Positions 45,832 to 55,771 of a stretch of 64,000 nt of DNA are shown here, in pieces. Source of the DNA: Actinomycetota bacterium (GTDB taxonomy: Bacteria > Actinomycetota > CADDZG01 > JAHWKV01); assembly GCA_030447305.1 (NCBI GenBank), contig JAUJPC010000003.1:268738-332737 (forward strand). The letters run 5' to 3'. The translations under genes were made by a program, and so were the position numbers. The notes below the pieces were generated by a model that was given only the letters and a program-made list of their open reading frames with translations, did not search any database and was not told the origin of the DNA. Numbering within the stretch: the stretch's first letter is position 1; each line of letters opens with the position of its first letter.

Positions 45832-46158
45832 GTGGCAGCCAGAATTCGCAAAGGTGACCGGGTGCACGTGCTGACCGGCAAGGACGCCGGAAAGACGGGC
45901 AACGTCATCGCCGTGTTCCCCGCCGACAACCGCGTGCTGGTGCAGGGCGTCAACAAGGTGAAGAGGCACGAAAAGGTGCGTCCCGCCAGAGGGCGCCAGG
46001 GCCAGGAGGGCGGCATCGTCGTTAAGGAGCTGCCCCTGAACCTTTCCAACGTGGCGCTGATCTGCCCCACCGACGGGCCCGTGCGCACACGCATCAAGGT
46101 GGACCCGGACGGAACAAAGGTACGCGTGTGCGCCAAGTGCGAGACGGAGCTGGGCTGA
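45832..46158 (+). CDS. rplX: 50S ribosomal protein L24
   Basis: KOW motif …[19 protein letters not shown]…; GTG start with GGAGGTG RBS. Confidence 0.93.
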   Translation: MAARIRKGDRVHVLTGKDAGKTGNVIAVFPADNRVLVQGVNKVKRHEKVRPARGRQGQEGGIVVKELPLNLSNVALICPTDGPVRTRIKVDPDGTKVRVCAKCETELG

Positions 46159-46724
46159 TGGCTGAAGAGTCGAAGAACGGCTACAAGCCCCGCCTGAAGG
46201 TGCAGTACGACACCGAGATCAGGCCCGCGCTGGCGGAGAAGCTCGGTTTGAACATCATGGCCGTGCCGCGCCTGGAGAAGATAGTCCTCAACATGGGGGT
46301 CGGCGATGTGCTGCGAGAGCCCAAGGCGCTCGAGGGAGCGGTCGCGGACCTGACGACCATCACCGGCCAGAAGCCTTTGATCATCAAGGCCCGCAAGGCC
46401 ATCTCGAACTTCAAGCTGCGTGAGGGCGTTAACATTGGGGCGAAGGTCACGCTGCGCGGCCCGAAGGCGTGGGAGTTCCTCGACCGGCTGATCACCCTGG
46501 CCATCCCGCGGATCCGGGACTTCCGGGGCCTGTCGACGAAGGGTTTCGACGGCCGGGGCAACTACACCTTCGGGGTCACCGACCAAACCATCTTTCCCGA
46601 GATCGACTTCGACAAGATCATGAGGGTCCGGGGCATGGACATCTCCATCGTCACCACCGCCACGGACAACGAAACAGGCAGGGCTCTTCTGGACGCCTTT
46701 GGTTTCCCGTTCCGGAAGAACTAG
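46158..46724 (+). CDS. rplE: 50S ribosomal protein L5
   Basis: ATG at 46158 overlapping the rplX stop; …[14 protein letters not shown]…. Confidence 0.95.
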   Translation: MAEESKNGYKPRLKVQYDTEIRPALAEKLGLNIMAVPRLEKIVLNMGVGDVLREPKALEGAVADLTTITGQKPLIIKARKAISNFKLREGVNIGAKVTLRGPKAWEFLDRLITLAIPRIRDFRGLSTKGFDGRGNYTFGVTDQTIFPEIDFDKIMRVRGMDISIVTTATDNETGRALLDAFGFPFRKN

Positions 46725-46746
46725 AGGGAATTTAGAGGACAGGTAA

Positions 46747-46932
46747 ATGGCAAAGAAATCTCTTGTGACAAAAGCTCAGAGGCCGCCGAAGTTCAAGGTG
46801 CGAGCGTACTACCGCTGCCGCCGCTGCGGCCGTCCCCGCGCCTACCTGCGCAAGTTCGGAATGTGCAGGATCTGCGTGCGCGATCTGGCCCACAAGGGAG
46901 AGCTTCCCGGCATCACGAAGTCGAGCTGGTAG
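46747..46932 (+). CDS. rpsZ: 30S ribosomal protein S14 type Z (zinc-binding, 61 aa)
   Basis: CRRCGR…CRIC Cys4 motif; short S14 form. Confidence 0.95.
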   Translation: MAKKSLVTKAQRPPKFKVRAYYRCRRCGRPRAYLRKFGMCRICVRDLAHKGELPGITKSSW

Positions 46933-46943
46933 GAGTTGCCCCA

Positions 46944-47342
46944 ATGACAATGACCGATCCCATAGCCGACATGCTGGCCAGAATTCGCAACGCAAACACG
47001 GCGTCGCACGACAACGTGGACATCCCGGCCTCGAAGCAGAAGCTGGCCATAGTGGCCATCATGAAGGAGGAGGGGTACATCGAGGACTTCGAGGTCATCG
47101 CCGATCCTCCGGGTGACACCATCCGGGTTACCCTCAAGTATCAGCAGGATCGCTCCAAGACCATCCACGGCATCAAGCGAGTATCCAAGCCGGGACTGAG
47201 GGTCTACTCCAAGGCGGGACAGCTTCCCAAGGTGCTGGGCGGTCTGGGAGTGGCCATCGTATCGACCTCCGCCGGTCTAATGACCGGGAGGCAGGCGGCG
47301 CAGCGCAAGCTCGGCGGCGAAGTCGTCGCCCACATCTGGTAA
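46944..47342 (+). CDS. rpsH: 30S ribosomal protein S8
   Basis: [17 protein letters not shown]…. Confidence 0.95.
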   Translation: MTMTDPIADMLARIRNANTASHDNVDIPASKQKLAIVAIMKEEGYIEDFEVIADPPGDTIRVTLKYQQDRSKTIHGIKRVSKPGLRVYSKAGQLPKVLGGLGVAIVSTSAGLMTGRQAAQRKLGGEVVAHIW

Positions 47343-47347
47343 AGGTA

Positions 47348-47884
47348 ATGAGCAGAATCGGAAAAGAGCCGATCACCGTTCCCGCCGGGGTGGACGTCAC
47401 CCTGGAGCCTCGGTTCGTCCGGGTGAAGGGACCCAAGGGGACGCTGGAGCGCGGCCTTCCCCGCGACATTCAGCTGACGCGGGATGGCGACCAGATTGTG
47501 GTCACCCGTCCCTCGGACTCGGGTGAGCACCGCTCACTGCACGGTTTGACCCGCACGCTCGTCAACAACCTGGTCATCGGCGTTACCACCGAGTTCACCA
47601 AGCAACTCGAGATCCACGGCGTCGGCTACCGGTGTGCGCTTAAGGGCACCGCCCTCGAGCTGTCGCTCGGCTACTCGCACCCGGTTGTTTACCCGGCACC
47701 CGAAGGCATCACCTTTGAGGTTCCCAGCCCCACCCGCATCACCGTGCGGGGTGCCGACAAGGAGCTCGTCGGCCAGGTGGCGGCGGAGATTCGTGCCAAG
47801 CGCAAGCCGGACCCCTACAAGCTGAAGGGCGTCCGCTACGCCGGCGAGGTCATTAGGAAGAAGGCAGGGAAAACTTCCAAGTGA
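47348..47884 (+). CDS. rplF: 50S ribosomal protein L6
   Basis: 178 aa; [17 protein letters not shown]…. Confidence 0.97.
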   Translation: MSRIGKEPITVPAGVDVTLEPRFVRVKGPKGTLERGLPRDIQLTRDGDQIVVTRPSDSGEHRSLHGLTRTLVNNLVIGVTTEFTKQLEIHGVGYRCALKGTALELSLGYSHPVVYPAPEGITFEVPSPTRITVRGADKELVGQVAAEIRAKRKPDPYKLKGVRYAGEVIRKKAGKTSK

Positions 47885-48237
47885 AGAGTTCGAGTCATCA
47901 CCGCCTCAAGCGGCATGCCCGGATCCGGAAGAAGATTTCCGGTACCGCGGAGCGTCCGCGTCTGGCGGTGTTTCGCAGCAACAAGCACATCTACGCTCAG
48001 CTGATCGACGACCTGAGCGGCAAGACGCTGGCGTCGGCGTCCACCACGGATGCTTCCTTGAAGGACGAATCGAATCTCAACACGGTTGAGGGAGCGGCCA
48101 AGGTCGGGGCTCTAGTCGCCGAGCGGGCCGTTGCTGCGGGAGTCAGCTCCGTAGTTTTCGACCGGGGCGGTTTCAAGTTCCACGGCAAGGTGAAGGCGCT
48201 GGCGGACGGTGCCAGAGAGAAAGGACTGCAATTCTGA
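47881..48237 (+). CDS. rplR: 50S ribosomal protein L18
   Basis: 118 aa; …[20 protein letters not shown]…. Confidence 0.95.
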   Translation: MKSSSHHRLKRHARIRKKISGTAERPRLAVFRSNKHIYAQLIDDLSGKTLASASTTDASLKDESNLNTVEGAAKVGALVAERAVAAGVSSVVFDRGGFKFHGKVKALADGAREKGLQF

Positions 48238-49004
48238 TGCCAGGACCAAACGCACCAGGAGGAGCCCGGGGCGGGCCCGGTCCAGGCCGAGGCAGAGGTC
48301 CCGGTGGACCCGGTGGCCCGGGCGGACGAGGGCCGGGCGGACCCGGCGGCCCGGGCGGACGAGGGCCGGGCGGACCCGGCGGCCGTGGTCCCGGAGGACC
48401 CGGCGGCAGGCCGGGCGGGCGCCGTGACTCGGGCCCCCGGCAGGGCCAGGACGACCGCAACAGCGGCTTCATCGAGCGCATCGTGGGACGTCCCCGCCGT
48501 GTTGCCAAGGTGGTCAAGGGTGGCCGCAGATTCTCGTTCAGCGCCCTGGTTGTCGTCGGTGACGGCAACGGCCGGGTGGGGACCGGCAACGGCAAGGCCC
48601 GCGAGGTTCCGTCGTCGATTCAGAAAGCCAGCGAGACTGCTCGACGCACGATGTTCTCGGTTCCCATGGTGGGGGGCACCATCCCGCACATGGTCATCGG
48701 TGAGTCGTCCGGCGCACGGGTGCTGTTGAAGCCCGCATCGCCCGGTACCGGTGTCATTGCCGGAGGTCCGGTGCGTGCGGTGGTTGAGGCTGCCGGCATC
48801 AAGGACATCCTCTCCAAGTCCCTGGGATCCTCGAACAAGAACAACATCGTCAACGCCACGATCGACGGGCTGCGCAAGCTCGAGCGTCCACAGGACGTGG
48901 CGACCCGGCGTGGCAAGAGCATCGACGAGGTTTCGCCCAGGTACCTGTACGAGGTGCCCACCCCCACGACGCCCGGCACGCACAGCACTGGACCCGTCGA
49001 CTAA
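48237..49004 (+). CDS. rpsE: 30S ribosomal protein S5 with ~75-aa Gly/Pro/Arg-rich N-terminal extension
   Basis: S5 dsRBD and C-terminal domain start at …[35 protein letters not shown]… The extension is ([11 protein letters not shown])n, encoded by 33-bp DNA tandem repeats at 48309-48410. Confidence 0.95.
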   Translation: MPGPNAPGGARGGPGPGRGRGPGGPGGPGGRGPGGPGGPGGRGPGGPGGRGPGGPGGRPGGRRDSGPRQGQDDRNSGFIERIVGRPRRVAKVVKGGRRFSFSALVVVGDGNGRVGTGNGKAREVPSSIQKASETARRTMFSVPMVGGTIPHMVIGESSGARVLLKPASPGTGVIAGGPVRAVVEAAGIKDILSKSLGSSNKNNIVNATIDGLRKLERPQDVATRRGKSIDEVSPRYLYEVPTPTTPGTHSTGPVD

Positions 49005-49192
49005 TGGCGAAGATTCGAGTTACCCAGACCGGGAGCCCGGTGTCGCTGCCGAAGGATCAGGGCAGGACGCTCAAGGCTCTTGGTTTGCACCGCGTGCGCG
49101 ACACGGTAGACCACAACGACGTGCCGTCGATTCGGGGGATGGTCCGCAAGGTCCGTCACCTGGTGACCGTCGAAGAGTTGGGGGAGCAGTAG
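49004..49192 (+). CDS. rpmD: 50S ribosomal protein L30
   Basis: 62 aa; [19 protein letters not shown]…. Confidence 0.95.
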   Translation: MAKIRVTQTGSPVSLPKDQGRTLKALGLHRVRDTVDHNDVPSIRGMVRKVRHLVTVEELGEQ

Positions 49193-49644
49193 TGAAGCTT
49201 CACGATCTGCAGCCGGCACCCGGCTCGCGCAAACCGAAGGTCCGGGTAGGACGTGGCCGGGCCGGCCGGCGCGGCAAGACCGCGGGACGGGGAACCAAGG
49301 GAGCAAAGGCACGGGGGCAGATCCCAGCAGCGTACGAGGGCGGTCAGATGCCCCTTCACATGCGTCTTCCCAAGCTGCCCGGATTCCGCAACCCGAACAA
49401 GATCACCTACAACGTCGTCAATCTCGACACCATCTCGCAGTTCGACGCCGGAATTACGGTTGACCCCGACGCACTTCGCTCCAAGGGGCTCGTGCGTAAG
49501 AAGGGCCCGGTCAAGGTGCTGGGCCACGGAGACCTGACGAAGCCTGTCACAATCAAGGCTCACGCGTTCAGTCAGTCGGCTGTGGTTAAGATTGAGGCTG
49601 CCGGAGGATCCGTTGAGGTTCTGCCGGCCTCGAATGGCAATTAG
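49192..49644 (+). CDS. rplO: 50S ribosomal protein L15
   Basis: GTG at 49192 overlapping the rpmD stop (TAGTG); (M)KLHDLQPAPGSRKPKVRVGRG… The ORF-track upstream extension to 48751 is not coding. Confidence 0.93.
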   Translation: MKLHDLQPAPGSRKPKVRVGRGRAGRRGKTAGRGTKGAKARGQIPAAYEGGQMPLHMRLPKLPGFRNPNKITYNVVNLDTISQFDAGITVDPDALRSKGLVRKKGPVKVLGHGDLTKPVTIKAHAFSQSAVVKIEAAGGSVEVLPASNGN

Positions 49645-49729
49645 GTAAACCGGCGGTTACCATCCGGGGGCAGCACTTGAGCCGAATACGGCCCAAGATT
49701 GAGCCCTAGCTAGCTAGTAAGGGACAAAC

Positions 49730-51016
49730 GTGCTCAAAGCCTTACTGAACGCATTCAAGGTTCCAGAGCTCAGGAAGAAGATCTTCTTCACCCTGGCGAT
49801 CGTCGCTATCTACCGGCTGGGTGCTTTCATCCCGGCGCCGGGCATCGACTATGCGGCTGCTCGCCGGCTTACAGAGTCAAGCGACAATCTCACCCGGCTG
49901 CTCAACCTGTTCTCCGGAGGTGCTCTGACCCAGCTAGCCATCTTTGCGCTCGGGATCATGCCCTACATCACGGCGAGTATCATGATGCAGCTGTTGACCG
50001 TGGTGATCCCCAAGCTCGAGCAGTGGCAGAAGGAAGGCGAGGCCGGGACCAAAAAGATCACGCAGTGGACCCGTTATCTGACCGTCATCCTGGCAGTCAT
50101 GCAGTCGACCGGTATCGTCGTTCTGGCGGATCGGGGCGGTTTCCAGGACTCCAACGGTCAGCCCGTTGACCTGATCCCGGTCTTCACCCCCTTCCGGGTG
50201 ATCCTGATTGTGATGACTCTGACTGCCGGTACGGCCCTGATCATGTGGCTCGGTGAGCAGATCACCCAGAGGGGTATCGGCAACGGTATGTCCGTGCTGA
50301 TCTTTGCCAGCGTTGTGTCCGCCCTGCCGGTGCAGGGGAGCAACATCAAAGCTCAGCTTGGCTGGGCCTGGTTCTTATTCATCATCCTGCTGGCCATCCT
50401 GATCATCGTCGCCATCGTGCTGATCGAACAGGGACAAAGGCGGGTCCCCGTCCAATATGCCAAACGAATGGTGGGGCGCAAGATGTACGGCGGCGGATCC
50501 ACCTACATCCCGCTGAAGATCAACCAGTCCGGTGTCATACCGATCATCTTCGCCTCGAGTGTCCTGTACTTTCCTGCGCTGATCGTGACGGTCATCCACT
50601 GGCGGCCGCTACGCAACTTCATCGAGAACCACGTCGTCAACCAGACGTCACCGGTGCACATCATGTTCTACGGTCTGCTGGTCATTGGATTTGCCTACTT
50701 CTACACTGCCATCGCGTTTAACCCGGTGGACGTGGCCGACAACATGAAGAAGTACGGCGGTTTCATTCCGGGCATTAGGCCCGGGCGGGCAACCGCAGAG
50801 CATCTGAGCTACATCCTTTCCCGCATCACCCTGCCGGGAGCGCTGTTCATCGCGGCAATCGCCATCCTGCCTTCTATAGCTCTGGCTACTCTGAACGTCC
50901 AATCCCTTCCTTTCGGCGGCACCTCGATCTTGATCACGGTAGGCGTCGCGCTGGAGACGGCGAAGCAGGTTGAGTCGCAGTTGCTGATGCGGCACTACGA
51001 GGGCTTCCTTTCCTGA
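49730..51016 (+). CDS. secY: preprotein translocase subunit SecY
   Basis: 428 aa, 10 TM helices, …LNLFSGGALTQLAIFALGIMPYITASIMMQLL…. Confidence 0.97.
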   Translation: MLKALLNAFKVPELRKKIFFTLAIVAIYRLGAFIPAPGIDYAAARRLTESSDNLTRLLNLFSGGALTQLAIFALGIMPYITASIMMQLLTVVIPKLEQWQKEGEAGTKKITQWTRYLTVILAVMQSTGIVVLADRGGFQDSNGQPVDLIPVFTPFRVILIVMTLTAGTALIMWLGEQITQRGIGNGMSVLIFASVVSALPVQGSNIKAQLGWAWFLFIILLAILIIVAIVLIEQGQRRVPVQYAKRMVGRKMYGGGSTYIPLKINQSGVIPIIFASSVLYFPALIVTVIHWRPLRNFIENHVVNQTSPVHIMFYGLLVIGFAYFYTAIAFNPVDVADNMKKYGGFIPGIRPGRATAEHLSYILSRITLPGALFIAAIAILPSIALATLNVQSLPFGGTSILITVGVALETAKQVESQLLMRHYEGFLS

Positions 51017-51062
51017 TGGAGGCGTTCGTTGGGGCCCACCTCCCGGACGGGGTGTGGGAGTA

Positions 51063-51707
51063 ATGCGCATCATGGTCCTCGGCCCCCCGGGGGCCGGCAA
51101 GGGCACTCAGGCTTCTAGGCTGGCCGAGCAGCTCGGCATCCCCCACATCGCCACCGGGGACATGTTCCGGGAGGCAGCTGCTGAGGACAGCGAGACCGGT
51201 CGCCGGATCCGGCAGATCATGGAGACGGGTGAGCTCATTCCCGACGAGATGACCAACGAGCTGGTGCGCGAGCGGCTGCTACGGTCCGACGCTCGGAGCG
51301 GGTTCATCCTCGACGGCTATCCGCGCAATCTCGAACAGGCCGCCACCCTCGATCAGATCCTGGACGAGGTGGGTACCAAGATCGACCTGGTAATCAAGTT
51401 CATGGTTCGGGGGCCCGATATCGTCGAACGGCTCCGGGGGCGGCGGGTCTGTCCCGTCTGCCGCGCCGTGTACCACATGGCCACCCACCCCCCCAAGGAC
51501 GACGAGGTCTGTGACAACGACGGCGCGCCGCTCATCCGCAGAGACGACGACCTGGAGGAGACTACCCTGCGCCGCCTGGAGGTGTACGGCGAGCAGACGC
51601 GCCCGCTGTACGAGCTCTACGCCGAACGTGGCCTGCTCACCGAGATGGATGCGCTTGGAAGCACCGACGAGGTGTTCCGGCGCCTGCTGGCAGTAGTTGG
51701 CCGTTAG
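51063..51707 (+). CDS. adk: adenylate kinase (with Cys4 zinc-lid)
   Basis: P-loop GPPGAGKGTQ; lid CPVCRAVYH…CDNDG. Confidence 0.97.
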   Translation: MRIMVLGPPGAGKGTQASRLAEQLGIPHIATGDMFREAAAEDSETGRRIRQIMETGELIPDEMTNELVRERLLRSDARSGFILDGYPRNLEQAATLDQILDEVGTKIDLVIKFMVRGPDIVERLRGRRVCPVCRAVYHMATHPPKDDEVCDNDGAPLIRRDDDLEETTLRRLEVYGEQTRPLYELYAERGLLTEMDALGSTDEVFRRLLAVVGR

Positions 51708-51748
51708 GCCCCCGATTCGAAGCTCACGTAAGTCCTTAGCGATCCGAG

Positions 51749-52495
51749 ATGATCATTAAGAAGACGCCGGCACAGATTGAGAAGATGGCGCGTGCCGGAA
51801 AGGTGCTGGCCGAGGTCATCAAGGAGATGGGCGACGCGATCCGGCCCGGAGTAACTCTCAAGGAGCTGGACGAGATGGCCGAAAGGTCCATGCGGCTGCG
51901 AGGCGCCGTCCCGTCGTTCCTGGGCTACCGCGGGTTTCCGGCCAGCATCTGTGCTTCGCCGAACGAGATGGTGGTGCACGGCATCCCCGACGGGCGCAAG
52001 CTCAAGGAGGGCGACATCTGCTCCGCCGACTTCGGCGTGATCCTGGACGGATGGCACGCCGACAGCGCGTACACATTCCCGGTGGGCAAGGTTTCGGACG
52101 CAGCTCGCAAGCTGCTGGAGGTCACCCAGGCGGCCCTGGAGGCGGGAATCGCCTGTTGCCGGTCGGGTAACCGTATCGGCGATATCGGGAACGCAATTCA
52201 GCGGGTCATCGAGGACGCGGGGCTCAGCGTGGTTCGGGAGTTCGTCGGCCACGGCATCGGCCGCTCGATGCACGAGGACCCGCAGGTGCCGAACTGCGGC
52301 ACGGCCGGCCGGGGACCCGTGCTGGAGGAGGGCTGGGTGCTGGCAATCGAGCCGATGGTGACCACCGGCGGCTGGGAGACCAAGATCCTGGACGACAACT
52401 GGGGTGTGGTGATGGCCGACGGCAGCCTGTCCGCTCACTTCGAGCACACGGTTGCGATCGCGGCCAACGGTCCCAGGACCCTCACCGCTCTGTAG
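51749..52495 (+). CDS. map: type I methionine aminopeptidase
   Basis: 248 aa; metal ligands in …ICSADFGVILDGWHADSAYTF…EFVGHGIGRSMHEDP…. Confidence 0.95.
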   Translation: MIIKKTPAQIEKMARAGKVLAEVIKEMGDAIRPGVTLKELDEMAERSMRLRGAVPSFLGYRGFPASICASPNEMVVHGIPDGRKLKEGDICSADFGVILDGWHADSAYTFPVGKVSDAARKLLEVTQAALEAGIACCRSGNRIGDIGNAIQRVIEDAGLSVVREFVGHGIGRSMHEDPQVPNCGTAGRGPVLEEGWVLAIEPMVTTGGWETKILDDNWGVVMADGSLSAHFEHTVAIAANGPRTLTAL

Positions 52496-52512
52496 CCTCC
52501 GTCAGACTGAGC

Positions 52513-53360
52513 TTGTCCCGGGACCGGCAGAGATTTCACCGCCTCAGCGGCGAGTTCGAATCCGTCCTGGACTCGGTGAAAGGAGCCTCGCTCACCAGCT
52601 TTGTTCGCGACGATTGGGCGGAGCGGAACCGGGAGTTGGAAGGCTTCCTGCTGCCGACCCCGCCCCCCGACTTTCTGCGCCATCCGGCAATTCTGTTCCA
52701 GATGTTCGTCGGGGATCGGTACCTGGCTTTTGAGCTGCCCTACGTCCTATCACGCCTCCCTACTGCTTCTCTGGCCGCCGAGGATGCCGTCGGCGATCCG
52801 CCTACCACCAGGTTGGAAGGCCATGACGTGGTCACATCATCGAACACCGTTCACCACCTTTACCATCTTCTGACGTACGAGCAGGAGGCGGGACGGCGGC
52901 TGAGTGAACACCGGAGGGTATTGGAGTGGGGAGGCGGCTACGGCAACCTTGCCAGGTTGTTTGTTCGGCCCACCCGGCAAGCCCCACCTACGTGATCGAC
53001 ACACCGACGTTCTCGGCCGTCCAGTGGCTCTACCTGGCGTCGGTTCTGGGAGAGGAAAAGGTGGTGGTGCATTCCTCGGAGTCGACGCCGATCGCCGAGG
53101 GACGGATCAACATTCTGCCGGTGGGTCTGGTCGACAAGCTCTCCGGTTTTCCGGCCGATCTGTTCATATCGACGTGGGCGCTCAACGAGAGCACCGAGGA
53201 GGCCCAAAGGCACGTGGTGGACCGCCGGTGGTTCGGCGCGGGCAGACTGCTGCTTGCCATGCACAAAGGCGACCCGTTCGAGAAACAAGCAGTGGCTGCG
53301 GGATGCCGGGAGGTGCCGGTGGGAGACTTCATGCCCCCGCAGCGTTACTTCATTCGATGA
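52513..53360 (+). CDS. putative class I SAM-dependent methyltransferase-like protein; frame shifts near ~52970 (C-run)
   Basis: …RRVLEWGGGYGNLARLF (glycine-rich motif I-like) in frame 1 continues as …YVIDTPTFSAVQW… in another frame. Family assignment is weak. Confidence 0.4.
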
Positions 53361-53366
53361 GCGGTT

Positions 53367-54488
53367 CTAGCGAGCGGAGTTGAGGAGCGGGTAGGGGTTC
53401 ACCGGACGCCCTCCGCTGGGGTGCCACTCGAAGTGCACGTGGCACGGGCCGCCCCGCGCGTTGCCGCTGTTGCCGTTGGCTCCGATCACGTCGCCTGTCG
53501 ACACCGGTTTGCCGGCCGACATCCCCGGCGCATATCCCCGCAGGTGCGCGTAGAAGAACACATCGCCGTTGGCCGCCCTGAGATAGGCCGAGGTCCCTCC
53601 GGCGCCGCTGGAGGTCAGCCGCTGGATGCTGCCGTCGGTGACGGCGACCACCGGAGCGCCGCATGGCGCCATGACGTCGGTGCCCTGGTGCCGCCGGCCG
53701 CCGGATCGGGGCGCTCCCCAGGTGTCGGCGAATCCTGCCGGCGAGACCGGGAGCGTGAACTTAGAGAACCGTCCCGCTGAGGAGACCTTGGAGCCGCCCG
53801 CCGGCAGGGGGATGGGGATCTGCACGGCGGAAACCTTGGGGGCTCCGGCAGCGACTGCCTGGAGCTGAGCCCGTTTTTGAGCGCTTAGCTCTCTGGCCCG
53901 CCGGGACCTCAGGGCGGCTTCGGCGGCCTTGCGCTTCTCGTCCTCGATGCGCTTCGCCTCGCCGAGCCTGCTTTCGAGCTGCTTCCGCTGGCCGTTCAGG
54001 TCCCGTGCCAGGCGCCTCTGGCGCTCCTCGGCGGTGTTGAGCTCAGCAGCTACCCGGTTGCTGCGGGCTTGCGCAAGGCTCAGCTCCTCCATGAGCTCGG
54101 CGTCGTTGCTGCCGAGCACCCCCATGTAGTGCACCCGTTTGACGAAGTCGCCGAAGCTGGGCGAGGTAAGCAGCTGGCCCAGCATGGCGCTGACGCCGCC
54201 CGTCTTATACATGTAGCCTGCGCGGGCTCTCAGGGCCGCCGACCTGGAGTCGATGGTGGCCTGGGCTTTTTTCTGCTCTTTGGTGAGCGCCGCCTGCTTG
54301 GCCTCGGTCTGTGCCAGCTGGGTCTCGATCCTGCCGTACTGTGCAGCCACCCGGTCCATCTCCTTTTGAATGTCGCCGCTGGACGCGGCCAACGCGCCCT
54401 CAACGGGGAGCAGGGCCATCAAGGAGAGGACGGCAAGCACCGCCACTAAACGGCACGGGGGTCTGGATGGGTTGCGTTGAAGTCTCAT
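53367..54488 (-). CDS. secreted M23-family metalloendopeptidase (LytM domain) with long N-terminal coiled coil
   Basis: Signal peptide; ~230-aa heptad-rich region; C-terminal HQGTDV…HLHFE M23 motifs (…RRHQGTDVMAPCGAPVVAVTDG…CHVHFEWHPSGG…). Confidence 0.85.
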   Translation of the reverse strand: MRLQRNPSRPPCRLVAVLAVLSLMALLPVEGALAASSGDIQKEMDRVAAQYGRIETQLAQTEAKQAALTKEQKKAQATIDSRSAALRARAGYMYKTGGVSAMLGQLLTSPSFGDFVKRVHYMGVLGSNDAELMEELSLAQARSNRVAAELNTAEERQRRLARDLNGQRKQLESRLGEAKRIEDEKRKAAEAALRSRRARELSAQKRAQLQAVAAGAPKVSAVQIPIPLPAGGSKVSSAGRFSKFTLPVSPAGFADTWGAPRSGGRRHQGTDVMAPCGAPVVAVTDGSIQRLTSSGAGGTSAYLRAANGDVFFYAHLRGYAPGMSAGKPVSTGDVIGANGNSGNARGGPCHVHFEWHPSGGRPVNPYPLLNSAR

Positions 54489-54568
54489 CCGCCGAGGAGT
54501 CTTTCATCAGCTGGAGGAAAATGAAAGTCGCGACCAAAGTTCCCGCTCTTGTTGGCGAGCATGAAGGG

Positions 54569-55060
54569 ATGGCACTGTCGGACTTACGATTGAATGTGCA
54601 TCTTGCTCAGGTGAACGTGGCCCGTCCGCAGTCGGACCTTAACTCTCCCGCGATGACCGAGTTTGTCTTCGCTCTGGAAACCGTGAATCGCTTGGCCGAA
54701 GTCAGCCCGGGATTCGTCTGGAGGCTCCGGTCGGCGGAGAGCCACGGCGCCACCCTGGCCGATGGGCTGTTCGTCAATCTGTCGCTGTGGGAGTCCTACC
54801 AAGCGCTCCACCAGTTCGTCTACCGGAGCCGGCACGCACCTTACCTGCGTCACCGAGCCCGCTGGTTCGAGCCGGCATCGAAACCTTCCACCGCGCTTTG
54901 GTGGGTGTCCGGCGGTCAGCAGCCAACGGTGGACGAGGCACTAAGACGGCTGTCGCACCTACAGGCACACGGCCCTACTCCCCAGGCCTTCAGCCTTCGC
55001 CGGCGTTTCGAGCCGGACGGACGGACGGTCCAAAGGGGGAAGCCGGACGTCTTGTGGTGA
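54569..55060 (+). CDS. DUF3291-domain protein
   Basis: (M)ALSDLRLNVHLAQVNVARP…FVNLSLWESYQALHQFVYRSRH… matches DUF3291 conserved stretches. Start chosen at ATG 54569. Confidence 0.6.
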   Translation: MALSDLRLNVHLAQVNVARPQSDLNSPAMTEFVFALETVNRLAEVSPGFVWRLRSAESHGATLADGLFVNLSLWESYQALHQFVYRSRHAPYLRHRARWFEPASKPSTALWWVSGGQQPTVDEALRRLSHLQAHGPTPQAFSLRRRFEPDGRTVQRGKPDVLW

Positions 55061-55329
55061 ACTAAATTAGCGTCGGGTGCCCGTGGCCAAACCGCGCAAA
55101 GGCTCCATAATGGTTAAGCGAGGTGCCGTAGGCGGCGGCGTACCGGGCCGATCGCTGGTATAGTTTGTTGTTCCGGCCTCAGGCTGCGCGTTCGACGCGT
55201 GTGTCGATTCGGCTGGAAACAATCCTCCGGCGTAGTCCCACGATCCAGCTCCAGGGCGGAGCACGGGTCTGAGTTCGAATCGCTGAATATGGCGGCACGG
55301 GCCCTGGAAAGCCGGAATTAAGTGAGGAT

Positions 55330-55572
55330 ATGGCCACCAAGGACAAGTCTGGCAAGGAAGCACCTATCAGGGTGGAGGGAACGGTCGTTGAACCGCTGCC
55401 CAATGCCATGTTCCGGGTGGAGATCCCCGGCGGCCATAAGGTCCTGGCTCATATCGGCGGGAAAATGAGAATGAACTACATCCGGGTGCTGCCTGGAGAC
55501 AGGGTTGAGGTGGAGATGTCCCCCTACGACTTGACGAGGGGGCGCATCGTCTGGCTCTTCCGCAACAGATAG
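55330..55572 (+). CDS. infA: translation initiation factor IF-1
   Basis: …[62 protein letters not shown]…. Confidence 0.95.
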   Translation: MATKDKSGKEAPIRVEGTVVEPLPNAMFRVEIPGGHKVLAHIGGKMRMNYIRVLPGDRVEVEMSPYDLTRGRIVWLFRNR

Positions 55573-55585
55573 GACTATTAAGCAA

Positions 55586-55699
55586 ATGAAGGTAAGGCCT
55601 AGCGTGAAAAAGATGTGTGAGAAATGCAAGATCATCCGTCGCCACGGGCGGGTCAGGGTCATTTGCGTCAACCCGCGCCACAAGCAGGTTCAAGGATGA
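55586..55699 (+). CDS. rpmJ: 50S ribosomal protein L36 (37 aa; below the ORF-track cutoff)
   Basis: Manual translation gives [37 protein letters not shown]. Confidence 0.9.
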   Translation: MKVRPSVKKMCEKCKIIRRHGRVRVICVNPRHKQVQG

Positions 55700-55704
55700 G
55701 CCTC

Positions 55705-55771
55705 AGCGAGCGCATTCGAGTGAATCCTGACCTTTCAAACCCCCGTCCGCAGCGACCTGAGCGAGCGTAGT
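55705..55771 (+). repeat. copy 2 (diverged) of the conserved leader element, upstream of rpsM
   Basis: GAGCGAGCGCATTCGAGTGAATCC…CCGTCCGCAGCGACCTGAGCGAGCGTAGT-ATG shares GTCCGCAGCGACC and GAGCGTAG blocks with the rpsD-leader copy. Confidence 0.5.

Noticed and set aside
48751-49644. ORF-track N-terminal extensions (rplO from 48751, rplD from 40068, rplJ from 6000, DUF3291 from 54311, MNT from 23873)
   Set aside because: The extensions overlap upstream genes in other frames and give low-complexity sequence. Conserved N-termini and RBS-start pairs are found further downstream.
49700-49725. CTAGCTAGCTAG palindromic motif before secY, also CTCTAGCTAGCAAGG at 47-61 before rplK
   Set aside because: Only two occurrences, each overlapping a TAG stop codon of the upstream gene. 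Too little to call a regulatory motif; noted as a curiosity.
55255-55300. GAGTTCGAATCG string resembling a tRNA T-arm in the DUF3291–infA spacer
   Set aside because: No acceptor stem/anticodon arm can be formed around it; it is not a tRNA.
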